63,651 nucleotides of DNA, filler included, from Octopus bimaculoides (GCF_001194135.2; 6 parts of 6 records of this genome joined end to end with filler, not necessarily neighbours in it); one strand, 5' to 3'; numbered from the whole stretch's first letter, positions 36,205-51,611 are shown. The notes: generated by a model from the letters alone, not told the origin. Made by a program: numbers and translations.

Positions 36205-36729
36205 TACATCTTTGTATACATATAAGCATGTTACATACATGTACACACATATATTACACATAATGAATATTTTCTTGTTAATGATTATACAGCTTCTATG
36301 CTTAAATCCATAATCTCATTTTATCTTGAGCTGTAGCTTAAAATTTCGTTCTCGGTGTGATTGAAATATGTTGAGATATGAGTTTATAGATAAATATTTG
36401 ATCAAGAGGACCTTTATATATCGGGATGAGAGACAGTGAAAATGTTGATGTGTGATGGATAATAATGTAGTAATATTGATCGTACAGATATTGATGACGA
36501 AGTTCATGATGACGACAACGACGACGATGATGTTGATGAGGCTGACGACTATGACAACGGGAACGACGACGACGACACTGTTAATGCTGCTAATGATGAT
36601 GGTGGTGATGACGATGGTGATATAAGTATTGATGATTGTCACGTGATCACGATGGTGGTATGATGTTAGTGATTATTATGTAAAGTTGTAAATGGTTAGG
36701 TATGTATATTTAAACAAATACCATTCTCT

Positions 36730-36960
36730 TGTAAAGACAACATTTGCTGGCCAAATAAGTTAACCAGATGGAAGCACCAACCACCAGTTGACATGGCAGC
36801 AGCCAGAATACACCAGTAGACATTCCTAGCAGAAGAGAACGACAGGAAATTAAAATACGGTCTGGTAAAAGGGGTCTGATTAATTAGAAAGAAGCTCGAT
36901 GATAAGTTTATGAATTTTCAGTTATAGCTGCCATCTTTTCCTTTGATAACGATGGGAATG
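36730..36960 (+). mobile_element. Probable Penelope GIY-YIG C-terminal remnant
   Basis: Frameshifted STNH.VD..AARI(L)AEENDRK resembles PLE endonuclease ends. Confidence 0.4.
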
Positions 36961-37052
36961 TATGGATAATGTTTGTGGTTGTGTGCGTACACACACACAC
37001 ACACACACCCACACACACACACACACACACACACAGGCGCACACACACACAT

Positions 37053-37151
<99 letters not shown>

Positions 37152-38229
37152 TACATATACATATATAATTATGTATAATTATACGTATATATATGTATGT
37201 ATATATATATATGTGTGAGAGAGAGAGAGAGAGAGGTTGAGAGAGAGAAAGAGGGAGGCAAATATACGCATATATTTAATTACACCTACATACAGACACA
37301 CACTCATGCATTATGTCTGTGTATTAGTATTACTGTACGTGTTCATGTAAACTTTGAAAATAAATGAAATTTTGGTTCAGTATCTGCTGTCCTACCATTC
37401 CTCTTTATGTTAATTTTTTCTCCGATCTTCCCTTCTAAATTTCTTTCTTCCACTGTTGCACTTTGTTATTTCTAAGCACCATTCAGCATTCATTCCATTT
37501 TACTGCATTTACTCATTTATTTGTTATCGTTATTTGGAAAGTACTGAATTGTCGTTATTTCATTCCTTGTTTCTATTCTTCTAAGATTAGTCACATCACC
37601 CCTCTGCCCATCTATGTGTCGTTCCCTCAGTAATCTTCTTTTCTATTAAGCCATTTCTCTTGCAACATATTAATTTTAATTAAGTAAATTACTCTTTGAT
37701 ATGTATATGTGCGTGTGTACGTGTGTGTGTGCGTATCCCTTTTTAAATAGGTCTCAATAGTGTATATAGATTTTCAGCACCACATTGAACCCATTAATCA
37801 TTGACCGACACTGCTTAAATATCCATTAAATTTAACGATGTAATACAGCGGGGTATATCAGTTTTACATAAACACGTTATTGGCAACGGGTACGTACATA
37901 TTAATTGCTGGTAGGTATACCGTATTTCGTCAAGCAACCATAATAACAAGTATATTGTATCTCACCTGTGTTACCAACTTAGTTATTGTCGTTGGTCGAA
38001 GTTTTTCCTGACATTGAAGCCGAAGGTCTTTCTTTGTAATACAAATTTTACTTGATGAGGATTTGTGTTTATCAGGGTCGTTCCTTCTGGATGGTAAAGT
38101 TTAGAATTTGCAGTGCTCTTAAAGCTTGTAGTTGTGTGCTGTTGATAGAATTAAGATAGAGTCGATAAGATTGTGATGTGTTTGTGTGTTTGTCCTGTTC
38201 AAGGAGTTGAAATTGCTTTTACGCCCTTG

Positions 38230-38330
<101 letters not shown>

Positions 38331-40426
38331 ACTCACACTCTTACACGCATAAACAAGGATCCCAATAATTTCTAGCCATTAATCCTATGCACAACATTGT
38401 ATTTTCTTCAAAACTCTTTCTAAATGTCTTCAACTTTTAACTACGTTTCTCTAAAGCCAGTAACAATTACTACTAGTTTTTTTTTTCTCCTTTCAAAGCA
38501 AGACGTTTAATTACTATTCATTAAGAATATGTTGTGTAAGTCACTCAACACATTTCTATACTTCCGCAGTGTCTAATGCTGCCAAGTTATGAACTATACT
38601 TGGGCACATAGGTCATAACTTGGGAAAATTTTCAACACAGCGCTAGATGCCAATAAAAATAGTTTCAATAGTTTCACTGTTTGCTACTTCTGTTGTTTAA
38701 GTACTAATTTGTAGTTTAAGTACAAAATTATATATTTTTGAAGAAAGAATTCCGTCAATTGTATCAACATTATAGAACGTGAATGATGCTTTATTTTATC
38801 AATCTACGGAAGCATTTAAGATAAAGCTGACTTCGGAGGTCTTAACTAAATACAGCAAAATATTTTGTCCGGTGGGCTAATGATTCTGCTAATCGATTAG
38901 ATATTGATTGCTATCATAGGCTAGAGGCCATATTTATTAGCAGGAAGGTTTAATCAATGTTATCGAGCATACAGTACTTGACCCCGGAAAGTTGAATAGT
39001 TAAAAGGCAAAGTTGGCTGCAGTTTGATACTTAAAATCTATCACATTGTACCAATCATCAACGTTACTTCAAATTACCGACAATAGTTGGAATTTGGTAG
39101 CTTTGGTAGATCTTTGGTAATTTGTGAGCGTACACAAACTAAATTGCTATAAGCTGGTTATCAAGGACTCTATGAGTCTGGTGATCTGCGAATCTGATGC
39201 CACGGGAAAATAGGAATGGATGACGTTGGTGATACACAAGGGGTTTATTTAAAGATAGTATTTTTAACTGGTACTCATATTTACGCCATTATTATGATAT
39301 TTGGTCTACAGTGTTCATGCACACATTGCATGCACATATACAAGATTATGTACGCTCGCACACATACATTTAATATATACGCACAACAGGAAATTAAAGA
39401 TAGGTTATTGACTTGTCTTGAAGAAAATCGTAAAGTAGTTTGATGATTTCTAATAGTATAAAGCATCTTTTAAAAATAAATGAGAATTTTCCAAGTTCAT
39501 ATTTTTATTAAAATTATTATGTCTATGAATGAATCGAATTAGCCACAACTAGGAATCGAAAACAAGTCACTGTCTTTACATTATGGAGAAGCGTATATTT
39601 TTCCATCAAAGAAATGTAAAGAAAATTTAAAGCTCTAAAGCAGTTACGATGCAATCAATCAGAAAATGAACCAACCCTCTTCCCATTAAGAGAAAAGAAA
39701 AACAAAATAGAAAAGAAAAAGGAAACTTTTCTAAAAATTAAAATATAAAGAAACAAAAATAAAATAATTTCTATAGGCTGCATTTTTAAAACAAAGTTTA
39801 ACAAAAATAATTTAAAGACGATAATATAGCTATCATAAATTTTGAGGTTCTCCTTAATAAAAACAAAATTATATGGTGAAAACATCTTAGTTAACATTGA
39901 AAAGAGTCCACAAAATAAAAAGGAAATTAATATATATATATATATATATATAAAAAAAACAGAATATTTCAATGATTTTGATCGACAAAGGCAATAGCAG
40001 AGCTAATGTTATCCAGTGATAAATGCAAGATGATGAAAATGAAATTTTATGCACACCACGTTGTTCTAAGTCTTTAAGTCAAGGGAGAAAATTGACAGAA
40101 GAACATTGCTGAAAAGTTAATGGATTAAGTTCTTAAAGTGTTTACTGTTAAAACATCAAGAAAAGAAGGTGGGAAATGTTAGGGAGAGATGCGATAACGG
40201 TTAATGGCGAAATGGGGGTTAGTTAGGGGGAGGCGAGATTTCACTTTAATAGTTCAGAAGGAGGCTGCTCTTTAATATGACACTTAAAATAAAAATGAAT
40301 AAAACATGTACATACAATAAACATCAGAAAAATGGGACACAAAAATTTACTGCAAACACACACACGCATGCATGCATGCATACATACATACATACATACA
40401 TACACACGCACACACACATAAACGCA

Positions 40427-40466
<40 letters not shown>

Positions 40467-40984
40467 NNNNNNNNNNNNNNNNNNNNNNNNNNNNNNNNNN
40501 NNNNNNNNNNNNNNNNNNNNNNNNNNNNNNNNNNNNNNNNNNNNNNNNNNNNNNNNNNNNNNNNNNNNNNNNNNNNNNNNNNNNNNNNNNNNNNNNNNNN
40601 NNNNNNNNNNNNNNNNNNNNNNNNNNNNNNNNNNNNNNNNNNNNNNNNNNNNNNNNNNNNNNNNNNNNNNNNNNNNNNNNNNNNNNNNNNNNNNNNNNNN
40701 NNNNNNNNNNNNNNNNNNNNNNNNNNNNNNNNNNNNNNNNNNNNNNNNNNNNNNNNNNNNNNNNNNNNNNNNNNNNNNNNNNNNNNNNNNNNNNNNNNNN
40801 NNNNNNNNNNNNNNNNNNNNNNNNNNNNNNNNNNNNNNNNNNNNNNNNNNNNNNNNNNNNNNNNNNNNNNNNNNNNNNNNNNNNNNNNNNNNNNNNNNNN
40901 NNNNNNNNNNNNNNNNNNNNNNNNNNNNNNNNNNNNNNNNNNNNNNNNNNNNNNNNNNNNNNNNNNNNNNNNNNNNNNNNNNNT

Positions 40985-41039
40985 TCTTCTTCTTCTTCTT
41001 CTTCTTCTTCTTCTTCTTCTTCTTCTTCTTCTTCTTCTT

Positions 41040-41129
<90 letters not shown>

Positions 41130-41143
41130 TCTATTATTATTAT
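40985..41143. repeat. Compound (TTC)n(TTA)n microsatellite
   Basis: Directly visible. Confidence 0.95.
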
Positions 41144-41653
41144 TTAACATATCCTCCATTTGTTTGGAGTATTTTTCTTGTTCTTTACGGATTCCTAAAA
41201 TTTTACAATAACAGGTCCCCATGTCATCTATCGTATTGAAACTGTTAGAGCATGCTGATGTTTGTGACGCTGATGATGATGATGATGATGATGATGATGA
41301 CGACGATGATGATGATGAGGATGATATTGATGCTAAAGATTATATGACGTATTAAGTAGGAGTGAAATGAATTAACCTTCTTTAAACACGATTCTTCAAT
41401 CTCATATGGCAGGCAGACCAGATTTAGAGAGAATCATTTAGGAAGTCGGCAATAAAAGACACTTTTCAGGCTACATCTGTGAGAATGTGGAAGGGTTTGG
41501 AGAAGCGGCAAAGAAGCATACATATTTGCGTTGAATATTTTATTCTGAATTTTGAAGAGTTTTGTGTAATATAGTAAGATGTTGGGATTTTTTCCAACAA
41601 ACGCACTCGCATAAAACACACACACATGTATGCACAGAGAAAGAAAGACTGAC

Positions 41654-41830
<177 letters not shown>

Positions 41831-42249
41831 AAAGGGAGAGGAGAAATGAGAGAAAATAGTGAACATTTGTGTTTAATAATTAAGGAAAAAAGGTACTCAA
41901 TACGTAGATTTTGGAATTGGTGCCGACTATTCAAACGATCATACATTCGTACTAACCCCACAAACACACACGCATAAACTAACAGAGCTACCCGTGTGTT
42001 GAATATGTAGAATACAAAGATACATGTATTCTGGTAAACATAAATTACTTTACTTATAAGTGTTTTAGGAATCGGTTTATATGTAATTATATTTAAATAT
42101 ATTTTTTATTGTAATGTAGGTATTTGACTGAAGTTGAATTTTTCCAATTTTCTCTGTGAAGGAACTTGAGATCGTGTTTAATAGCAATTTTAATTGTGTG
42201 ACTTAAGACAATCCTACCAGCTCTTAAAGCGAATACAAGTTTTTACTAG

Positions 42250-43350
42250 ATATTTTAGAAATGCTTTACGATTAGTTATTGTTGGACCAATCAGCAACAT
42301 GACTGCATTGATCGGTATCTAATTCTCAACGTATTTCCCGATATGGATTTCATTAACAAAGCCTTGAGGAAGCACCAATTATTTTCCAAGTAGCAGGAAA
42401 CGGTAATCTGATTCACGCTTGTAGTTGTTGCTGATCTAGGGTTAAACTGTTGCAATGACGATAGCAACATAAAACTGAGTAGTATTCATGGATGGAAAGC
42501 GGTTGATGTTAAGTTATTCTGAATCAGAGATGGCGTAAGACTTAACAACAATACTCAGAAACAGACTGGACAGTGGCCACAGAACAACTTTGATGAAGGT
42601 AATGCTCAAATACAGCTGGTTTCTGATTTAACCACAACAAACGACTAAAGCGTAGTGGTGACTGGAGCACCTTTAATTATAGGCTTGCTCAATTAGAAAG
42701 GACTGAGGCTTAAAGAACAATAACCAGAAATATCCAGAGGTACGATCAAATCATACACTTGAAGTATTAGTTCCCTGAGTGTTGTACAAAGCCAACCGCT
42801 AAAGGAACCTGTCAAAAACCTGTCAGAGGGACATTAAACTACCTCCTGAGGTATCTTGGAGCAATACCTCAGAGAAATGTTAACGACTTGTATTAGTTGC
42901 CATGTTCGTATTGGAATGACATCCATTTACCTTCAACGGCCGTGGTAGCAGATGATGGATCATGAGACCCGGTTTTTCACTGTCATGATCGTGAAGGAAA
43001 AATAGTGCATCATAGGTTCTTTATGCAAAAGAAAATAAATCCCACACTCGCGTTCCCTAGAATTTTTTTCCATTTCATTAATACCAAACTAGTGTCAAAT
43101 ATTTTCCCTACCAATCGATTATATTACAGTGTGTCTGAGGTAATGTAACTCTTGAGATGTTGAAGATACACCTGAATATTTTGATATGTGCTTGAATGAG
43201 AACTGACTTGTATAAAAGTACGTGTAGAGCCGGCATTATGTTCTAGATAAACCAGGCGATCCTTTGGGATGCTAAATTCATAGGGTGTCACACAATTGTT
43301 GAACAACATTGACAGGGATTCTGGATTATTTTTCCAGCTTTTTACTTAAT
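42250..43350 (-). mobile_element. Highly decayed non-LTR RT remnant (probably RLE-type)
   Basis: PESLSMLFNNCVTPYEFSIPK resembles RT domain 4 (GDSLSxxLFxLxVNPL); weak, boundaries approximate. Confidence 0.35.
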
Positions 43351-45631
43351 TTTTAAGAGCGGTCGGATTCATTTTTAATATTCTCGTTTGTGAGAGCAGT
43401 CGAGTTTATTTCAGATATTCTCATTTAAAACAATCATCTCTGGCTAATCGTTGAGAGGACATTAGTGTTGCCTTGGCGGAGGTTTGCGCTCTCCGAGTGC
43501 ACTTGTTATTATTTTAGTCATTGTTGTCCCAAGAAGATATAAAGGTTTCAAAAATTCCCACTATTTCACTCCAATAGAAACTTCGACCACACAATCATCA
43601 TTAACATTCCTATTCCAACGCCACCACCATCATTAACACCTCTAATATCACCATCATCAACACGACCATCATCACAAATATCACCACCACTATCACCACT
43701 ATCATTTGTACAACTATCTCAACACCAGAAACGTCATTACCACCGTTAACCTAACCACCTTCACCATCATCAACACCGGCAACACCACCGCCACCGCTGC
43801 TACCACCACTGCGACCGCTACCACTGTGGCTGTCACCACCGCATAATATCTATGCCTTGAGGCCGACAGCTTCAAGATATTTTCTATGTAAAATTTACTT
43901 TAACGCCAATCCATTTCCGTAGAAGAAGATAGAAGCAGATTCCATTTTTCGATTAAGGAGCCAGGAAGTGAGTCTTTGAATAGTGATGGTAAGAGCTTTT
44001 CACGTTGGAACTCTTCATCAAATATGAATTTTACTTGAGACATTACTGTTTACACCGTCATTGTCTAGTTTAGATTTCATCCAGATCGCCGCCGTAGCCG
44101 ACATCGTCATCATCATCATCATGAAAGTCATTATCGCCGTCACCAACAACACTGCTCCCACTATTATCGTCTGTAAGATCTCTCATCATTTTTTTCACCA
44201 CCATCACCAGAATCATTTTAGACATCACCTTCCTCCTCCTCCTTCTCTTCCTCCTTCTCTTCCTCCTTCTCTTCCTCCGCTTCCTCCTCTTCTTCTTCTT
44301 CTGCTTCTTCTTCTTCTTCTTCTTCTTCTTCTTCTTCTTCTTCTTTTTCTTCTTCCTTCTTCTTCCTTCTTCTTCTTCTTCTTNNNNNNNNNNNNNNNNN
44401 NNNNNNNNNNNNNNNNNNNNNNNNNNNNNNNNNNNNNNNNNNNNNNNNNNNNNNNNNNNNNNNNNNNNNNNNNNNNNNNNNNNNNNNNNNNNNNNNNNNN
44501 NNNNNNNNNNNNNNNNNNNNNNNNNNNNNNNNNNNNNNNNNNNNNNNNNNNNNNNNNNNNNNNNNNNNNNNNNNNNNNNNNNNNNNNNNNNNNNNNNNNN
44601 NNNNNNNNNNNNNNNNNNNNNNNNNNNNNNNNNNNNNNNNNNNNNNNNNNNNNNNNNNNNNNNNNNNNNNNNNNNNNNNNNNNNNNNNNNNNNNNNNNNN
44701 NNNNNNNNNNNNNNNNNNNNNNNNNNNNNNNNNNNNNNNNNNNNNNNNNNNNNNNNNNNNNNNNTTCTTCTTCTTCTTCTTCTTCTTCTTCTTCTTCTTC
44801 TTCTTCCTCCTTCTCCTTCTTCTCCTTCTTCTTCTTCCTCCTTCTCCTTCTTCTCCTTCTTCTCCTTCTTCTTCTTTTTTCTCTTCTTCTTTTTCTTCTT
44901 TTTTCTTTTCTTCTTCTTCTTCTTCTTCTTCTTCTTCTTCTTCTTCTTCTTCGTCTTCTTCTTCTTACTCCTCCTCCTCCTCCTCCCCCTCATCATCATC
45001 ATCATCATCATCACCATCACCATCATCCTCGTCATTATCACCACCATTGTATATATAACAGTACTATGACGGCGGTATGTATGATAGTGTGTTCGTTCCT
45101 GCGTTAACTATTGCAAGTACTGTATTATACTTATCATCAAACAGTTTGACTACTTATCCTGTAGCAGTGTTGGTATTTTTGTACTGTTATTGTTGATGTT
45201 GCTTTTGTTTTAACCGCTATTGCTCCCATGCGAAAGACAGCAACTGAGAATCCCCAAAGAATCTCTATTGTTTTATTTGCGCCTTACAAGCAGTTGAGAA
45301 CATATTGACATAGACAAATTAGTATTAGCTTTATATGACAAATTAATGGAGTAGGTTACATAATCCTATAAATAACGTAGTTTGTTTATCAGCCTTCCTG
45401 ACGCAAGTCGACAACAGAAGAACTATGTTGATTCCTAAATTTCAAGGACATGTTGGCAGGATGAGTGAAATCATTGTATATGTATGTTTGCCTCTACCAC
45501 AAAGGCCCAATCCTTCTTGTAGTATAGTGGTGTGTGTGTGCTTCCATGACACTGAGAATTACGCCAGGAGAGCGCAAATTCCTGGTGACACCTCCTGTGC
45601 CGCATGAGTTCGTGAATATGTATGTATGTAA

Positions 45632-45863
45632 GGCGGCGAGCTGGCAGAGACGTTAGCACGCCGGGCGAAATGCTTAGCAGTATTTCGTCTGTCGTTACGT
45701 TCTGAGTTCAAATTCCGCCGAGGTCGACTTTGCCTTTCATCCTTTCGGAGTCGATAAATTAAGTACCAGTTACGCACTGGGGTCGATGTAATCGACTTAA
45801 TCCCTTTGTCTGTCTTTGTTTGTCCCCTCTATGTTTATCCCCTTGCGGGCAATAAAGAAATAA
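45632..45863 (+). mobile_element. tRNA-derived SINE, full length
   Basis: Head GGCGGCGAGCTGGCAG (A box), GAGTTCAAATTCC (B box), GTCGATAAATTAAGTACCAG body, AATAAAGAAATAA end. Confidence 0.85.
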
Positions 45864-45864
45864 C

Positions 45865-46070
45865 AAACGTTAGCACGCCGGCCGAAATGCTTAGCATGCT
45901 TAGTATTATTTCGTCTGTCTTTAAGTTCTGAGTTTAAATTCCACCAAGGTCGACTTTGCCTTTCATCTTTTCGTGGTCGATAAATTAAGTACCAGTTGCG
46001 TACGGGGGTCGATCTAATCGACTGGCCCCCTCCCCCCAAATTTTGGACCTGGTGTCTAGAGTAGAAAAGA
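45865..46070 (+). mobile_element. Second tandem copy of the same SINE family (different 3' end)
   Basis: AAACGTTAGCACGCCGG...GTCGACTTTGCCTTTCATC...CCCCCTCCCCCCAAA. Confidence 0.8.
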
Positions 46071-47045
46071 AAATGTATGTATGTGTTGTGAATGTATGTG
46101 TTGAGAATGTATGCGTGTGTATTTTTGTGCATTACATGAACGGAAGTATATACTTCTATTCATGCGTGGTGTGTTTATGTATGTATGTGTTTACGTATGT
46201 ATGTATGTATGTATGTATGCATGCATGCATGCATGCATGTATGTATGTTTGTATATGTATGTAAATGTATTCATATATGTGATTTGGTTTATTTAAATCA
46301 TCAATATATTTGCTTATTCTTTTATTTTTTATTCTCTGTGGTCATGCTGGAACATCACCTTAACCGAGAGTACTCCAAACCTCATGGATATATAACTGGT
46401 TTGTATTATCTCATGGGCTCTCTGTGGACCCAGGTACTGCAGCATTCATTGTACTTACCCAACAACAACTCTAGTTTATAATATACAGCTTGTCTTGGGC
46501 ACCAAAATCTATGAAGATTTTCTTTCCTCTTTCCTCAGCCAATTTGTTTTCAAATGAAGGCAGAGAGTTACATAGAAAGAGAAGAGAAGAGAGAGAGAGC
46601 GAGAGAGACAGACAGACAGAGACAGAGACTGAGAGAGAAGTAGTAAATCCACCTTTGTTCATATCGTACATACTTACAAACAGGAAGCAAGTATTTATAA
46701 GCTGTGTCTGACATAAATGGTATAATGATTACTACTGCTCATTGAAAGCCAAATCTCCCCAAAATCACTTCCAAACCGAGTTAAATAATGATAGAACATA
46801 CTGGAGAAACTGGACCTTAAAAACCGTCTGGAGAAATGAAATAAATTATAATGATCCCATCATATTAGCCTGTGGCTAAGGAGCAGGTAATGCTATGAGA
46901 TTCAACATCAATTCTCACTGTTACCAAGAACACTATCATAGTTGTAATCCACCCAAAACTAACGTTTCTTTTACTCAACATACGTGTATAGCCTGAATAC
47001 ATACATACATACATACATACATACATACACACTTACATACGTACA

Positions 47046-47079
<34 letters not shown>

Positions 47080-47084
47080 CATAC

Positions 47085-47480
47085 AAAGAATAATGGTAGA
47101 ACTTGAAAATTAAGACGTCCACCAAGTTAAAACCGGTTATATTTTGTCGTGTGAAACCACAAAGTAAAACAAGCCCTGTTGTAGAAGCCAGTTGCCCTCT
47201 GGACAAGAATATGGTTAGAAAAATGCAAGAGAAAGAGAACGTCTATGGACCATTGATAAGGAGTTTGCAATCCAATACCTAAGATACACTGTCAGCTTCA
47301 TACCCATTATTACTGGAGCAACAGGATACATACCAGCCTATCTGATACAAAGAATGGCTGAAATTGGAATTTTGAGAGCGAATGCAAATCCTTAATTCAT
47401 AAGCTACAAACGATCACGATAACTGGGTTTATAAAAATCTGCAAGATCTTCTTAAGATTTAAAGAATGACGGTTAAATCC
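47085..47480 (+). mobile_element. RLE-type non-LTR retrotransposon C-terminal remnant
   Basis: VVEASCPLDKNMVRKMQEKENVYGPLIRSL...FIPIITGATGYIP and KLQTITITGFIKICKIFLRF: restriction-like endonuclease tail pattern. Confidence 0.6.
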
Positions 47481-48133
47481 TGATCTTTCCTTCACAACCT
47501 TGCTACCAAGTTGGTGGCCGGTCAAAATTTACTGTAAATTAAAAGGAGGAAGGTTAAGACATGCATACATACATACATACATACATACATACATACATAA
47601 TACGCAGGCGCATGATACATACGTACATATATATATATATATATATATGTACGTGTGTAGGTGTGTGAGTATGTATATAATTATCCCACATATGTACAGA
47701 CGTACCCTGACACCACACACTGTTTGCGGAACACACAACAGGATTCCTATCACGCCACAGCACAATACAGTGCCGCAGCAGGGCACACCATACAGAACTG
47801 CTACATACCATGTATTGAACAACCACACATCACACTAAGAACCAGCACGCGCCACACGTTCAACCACCGCATACTACACTCTAACTCACAATACACGACA
47901 CAATGAAACACTACACACTAGACCCTAAACTACCACACATCACCCATCAGTTCTACCACTGCTTCAGTAAACACAGACAAGATTTAGAAAGAAACCATTC
48001 AATAAATACAATCTTATCCAGAGAAAAAGTAGAGTGACAAAAAAAAGAAAAAGAAAAAGGAGAGGAAAAGAAATAAAATATATCATGAAAACAAATAATG
48101 GTGACGACGATGATGATGATGATGATAATGATG

Positions 48134-48170
<37 letters not shown>

Positions 48171-48475
48171 GTTCAAGAATAAACAAATTAGAAATCATAA
48201 CAAACTAAAGACCATTTGGAAAATATAAAAACATAAAAAAACATATAACTATATGTCTATAAATAACGATGTAAACAATGTGTATATATATATATATANN
48301 NNNNNNNNNNNNNNNNNNNNNNNNNNNNNNNNNNNNNNNNNNNNNNNNNNNNNNNNNNNNNNNNNNNNNNNNNNNNNNNNNNNNNNNNNNNNNNNNNNNN
48401 NNNNNNNNNNNNNNNNNNNNNNNNNNNNNNNNNNNNNNNNNNNNNNNNNNNNNNNNNNNNNNNNNNNNNNNNNNN

Positions 48476-48508
<33 letters not shown>

Positions 48509-49889
48509 ATACATACACACACACACACATATATACATATATATACATATACATATATACATATATATATACATATACATATGTACATACACACACACAC
48601 ACATACATAAGCACACATATACAGACACGTATAACATTAAAACAAAATATTGCGAACATGGCAAAATAAATAAGGTGATATGGATATCCCATGGGAACAG
48701 AGCGACGACATTGAATAAAAGTGAGATAACTGATAAAATAAATATATAAAAGATGTATTTAGTGAAAAGTGAAACCGAAAAAAGAAAGGTTTTGTATTTT
48801 TTGCTTTTTTTACATGAATGTGTCAAATGTCCAACTTACACGATTGTTTCTCATCAATCTTAATCAGTCTTTTAGATCTGAAGCATTTTACATTGACAAT
48901 TTTGGCAAAGGGAATTTGATTGTTTTCAATTCTTTTCTTCTGCTAGTTTTCGCTTTTGTTACTTTCTTTATTTTTCTCTTTTCTTTCATTCTTCTTTTTT
49001 TAAATTTATTTTTCGAGGATAGGTTGTGTTCTTGTTAGTGAAGTCGCTGAGGGTATCTGAAAAGGAAGTGTGTTTTAATTTTTTGCTTTATTTTTCATTT
49101 AATTTTATTTTTTACATATTGATTACTCATTATTTTTTCAGTGGGCTTGCATTATTATTATGATTATTATCATTAATATTACTGTTGTTATTGTTCTTGT
49201 TGACTTAGTTATATATCACTTTTTATTTCCGTATATTAAAAAAAATCCCTCTCTTTTTATTTATTTATTTATTTTTATTTTTTGTTGCATAAAGGTTTAC
49301 GTTAGCTATTATGTTTCAAACTTAGCAGGAAAAGAAAAAAAAACAAACAAACAAAATAACAGAAAACAACAATAAGAACAAACATATACTCAATAAAGAA
49401 ACAAAGCAAACAAACACTATAACGAACCTCAGGGATGGAAAAACAATATGAGATACGGCACACCATCGTTTACTGGAAGATTATTGAAAGTGTAAATAAG
49501 TACTAGAGGGGGCACAAACTTGGGGGCTATTTGAAATCACCAATTCATTCTTTGGAAATGTTTAGTAGAAAAACATAATTCTGTTGAAGTCTTCTTAGAA
49601 ACAAAATGTATAGTGTATATTTTTTATAGTGAACCATATAAAACGATAAACAGTTTCAACACTTCGTATGGCCATTGAAGCATTCTTTCTTTTTTTTTTC
49701 CTGTTATGAATGCGCAAATTTATATGAGTTTCTGCTCATATCTGAAGACTTCATTTTCTTTTGCGTTTAACACATATTTTTTAAAGCATATGACGAGGGA
49801 TTTTGAGGATCACAATTTCCAATTTACGCTTCTAAAGTGAAGACTAGATTTTTTGTACACCTACCAGTGAATTTAAATATTGGTTTCAA

Positions 49890-50085
49890 TAGACCGGCAA
49901 TTTTGTAGGTGAAGAGGATTAAATCAATTAGAGCGAACTCTGCACTCAGCTAGTACTTATTTAATCGACCCCGAAAGGATGGAAAGCAAAGTCGACTTCG
50001 TTGGGACTTGAACTCGGAACGGAAAGAAAGACAAAATGCCGTTAAGCATTTTGCTCGGCGTACTAAAAGATTTTTCCAGTTCGCA
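49890..50085 (-). mobile_element. tRNA-derived SINE, same family as 45632
   Basis: Reverse complement contains TTCGGGGTCGATTAAATAAGTACTAG and GTCGACTTTGCTTTCCATCC. Confidence 0.75.
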
Positions 50086-50177
50086 GCCTTTGTGAATTTA
50101 ACTATTGCTAATATTTTCGACCGCAGTTTCATCATTCTCGCTAAAATACATGTATGCAGCTATGCGTATACATACAT

Positions 50178-50221
<44 letters not shown>

Positions 50222-50793
50222 CTACATATATATATATATATTTGAGCATAAGTCTTATACAGATATTCACACAGAAATATTTCTCCATATGACATTTTGT
50301 ATAAAGATTGTAATGCTGGACATGCCCCTCATCAGATGTCGAGGGGCGATTACTACTGTTTTAGCAGTTTTGACATTGTCTTTCTTCAGTAGGACCGAGA
50401 GCATTGGAGTTGCCAGGAAGTGTCCAGGTTGTGTTATCCCACAACGTAGGGTGTTTTCTTCTGATTATTATCCCTGTAACCATCACGCGGGTAGTAATGC
50501 AGCTGTAATAATTAAAAGCATTAGAGATAATATTTTGATTCACTACTTGCTGGGATTTTTTTCTATGCTGTCAGCTGTGGTCAACTTTTAAATATATATT
50601 TGATAAAAATCCGCTGTTTCGCACAGCAAGTCACAAATCACTGTTCTGATATTGATCATACCTAATGACTGTTAGCAGGCCATTGCAGATCATACTACAA
50701 ACCAACATCTCTCCTCTACTGGTTGGTTATTCTCTTTGCTGCATCCGTTGTTGATGTGTTAGCGGTGTTTAAATGTATTGTGAAAAAGATATA

Positions 50794-51611
50794 TTGGGTT
50801 GAGGAATAATTCATGAGCGGTTTTATTTTTCAAATTTTTAAAATGTACGCAGAAATAAAGCGCATTGGCAAAATGTTTGTTGTTATTTAATAGAGAATTT
50901 ATTGCTCTACAATACAGTGTGTTTTTATTATTTTTATTTTATTGACTTTTTGTGTATTTCAGATCATTAAAATGGAATTTCAAGTGGACAAAACTGAGTA
51001 ATTTTGACACTATTTGCGTTTTGCATTTAATCGAGGTGTTGAGGCCGCCGAAGCTGTTCGTGAGATTTGTGCTGTGTATGGAGAAGGAGCAATGCCTCGT
51101 AGTACTGCACGCCGTTGGTCTTTGCGCTTCAAAAATGGGAATTTTGACCTCAAGGGCGGCTCAAACATCGGTCGTCCAACTGAATTCGAAGAAGAGCGAC
51201 TGAATTGACAACTTCACAAAAATCCACGTCAAACGACCAGGGAATTGGCGGAACTGATGGATTGTGATTAAAAAAAAAACAGAATGTGGTGAACCACATT
51301 CACTCAAGGGGCACAGTTCAGAAACTAGGCGTATGGGTGCCACACACTTTGAGCAAAAACAGCACAAATCAACGCACCACAATCGCCGTCAGTTTGCTTG
51401 CTCGACATCGCTCAGTACATGGTCACAAACAACATTTTCTTTACCGCATTGTCACTGGCAATGAAAACTGGTGCTTTTACGTCAATATGAAGCAGCAAAA
51501 CGAATGGCTCAGCCCTGACAAACAAGCGACCCCGAAAGACCATGTTGTGTGTATAGTGGGAATGGGTAGGCATAATTCATTACGAACTGCTTGAATTATT
51601 CCTCAACCCTA
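50794..51611 (+). mobile_element. Internally deleted mariner (DD34D) element with both TIRs and TA target duplication
   Basis: TA-TTGGGTTGAGGAATAA ... TTATTCCTCAACCCTA-TA (15/16 inverted match). Transposase remnants: FAFNRGVEAAEAVREICAVYGEGAM, GRPTEF, WVPHTL, LYRIVTGNENW. Confidence 0.92.

Noticed and set aside
36720-36860. Minus-strand exon candidate with two open frames and AG/GT ends
   Set aside because: The plus strand reads better as a decayed Penelope GIY-YIG tail; no similarity to the transporter.
50324-50347. Hairpin GCCCCTC/GAGGGGC containing CTGATGA on the minus strand
   Set aside because: No GAAA core or stem III follows.
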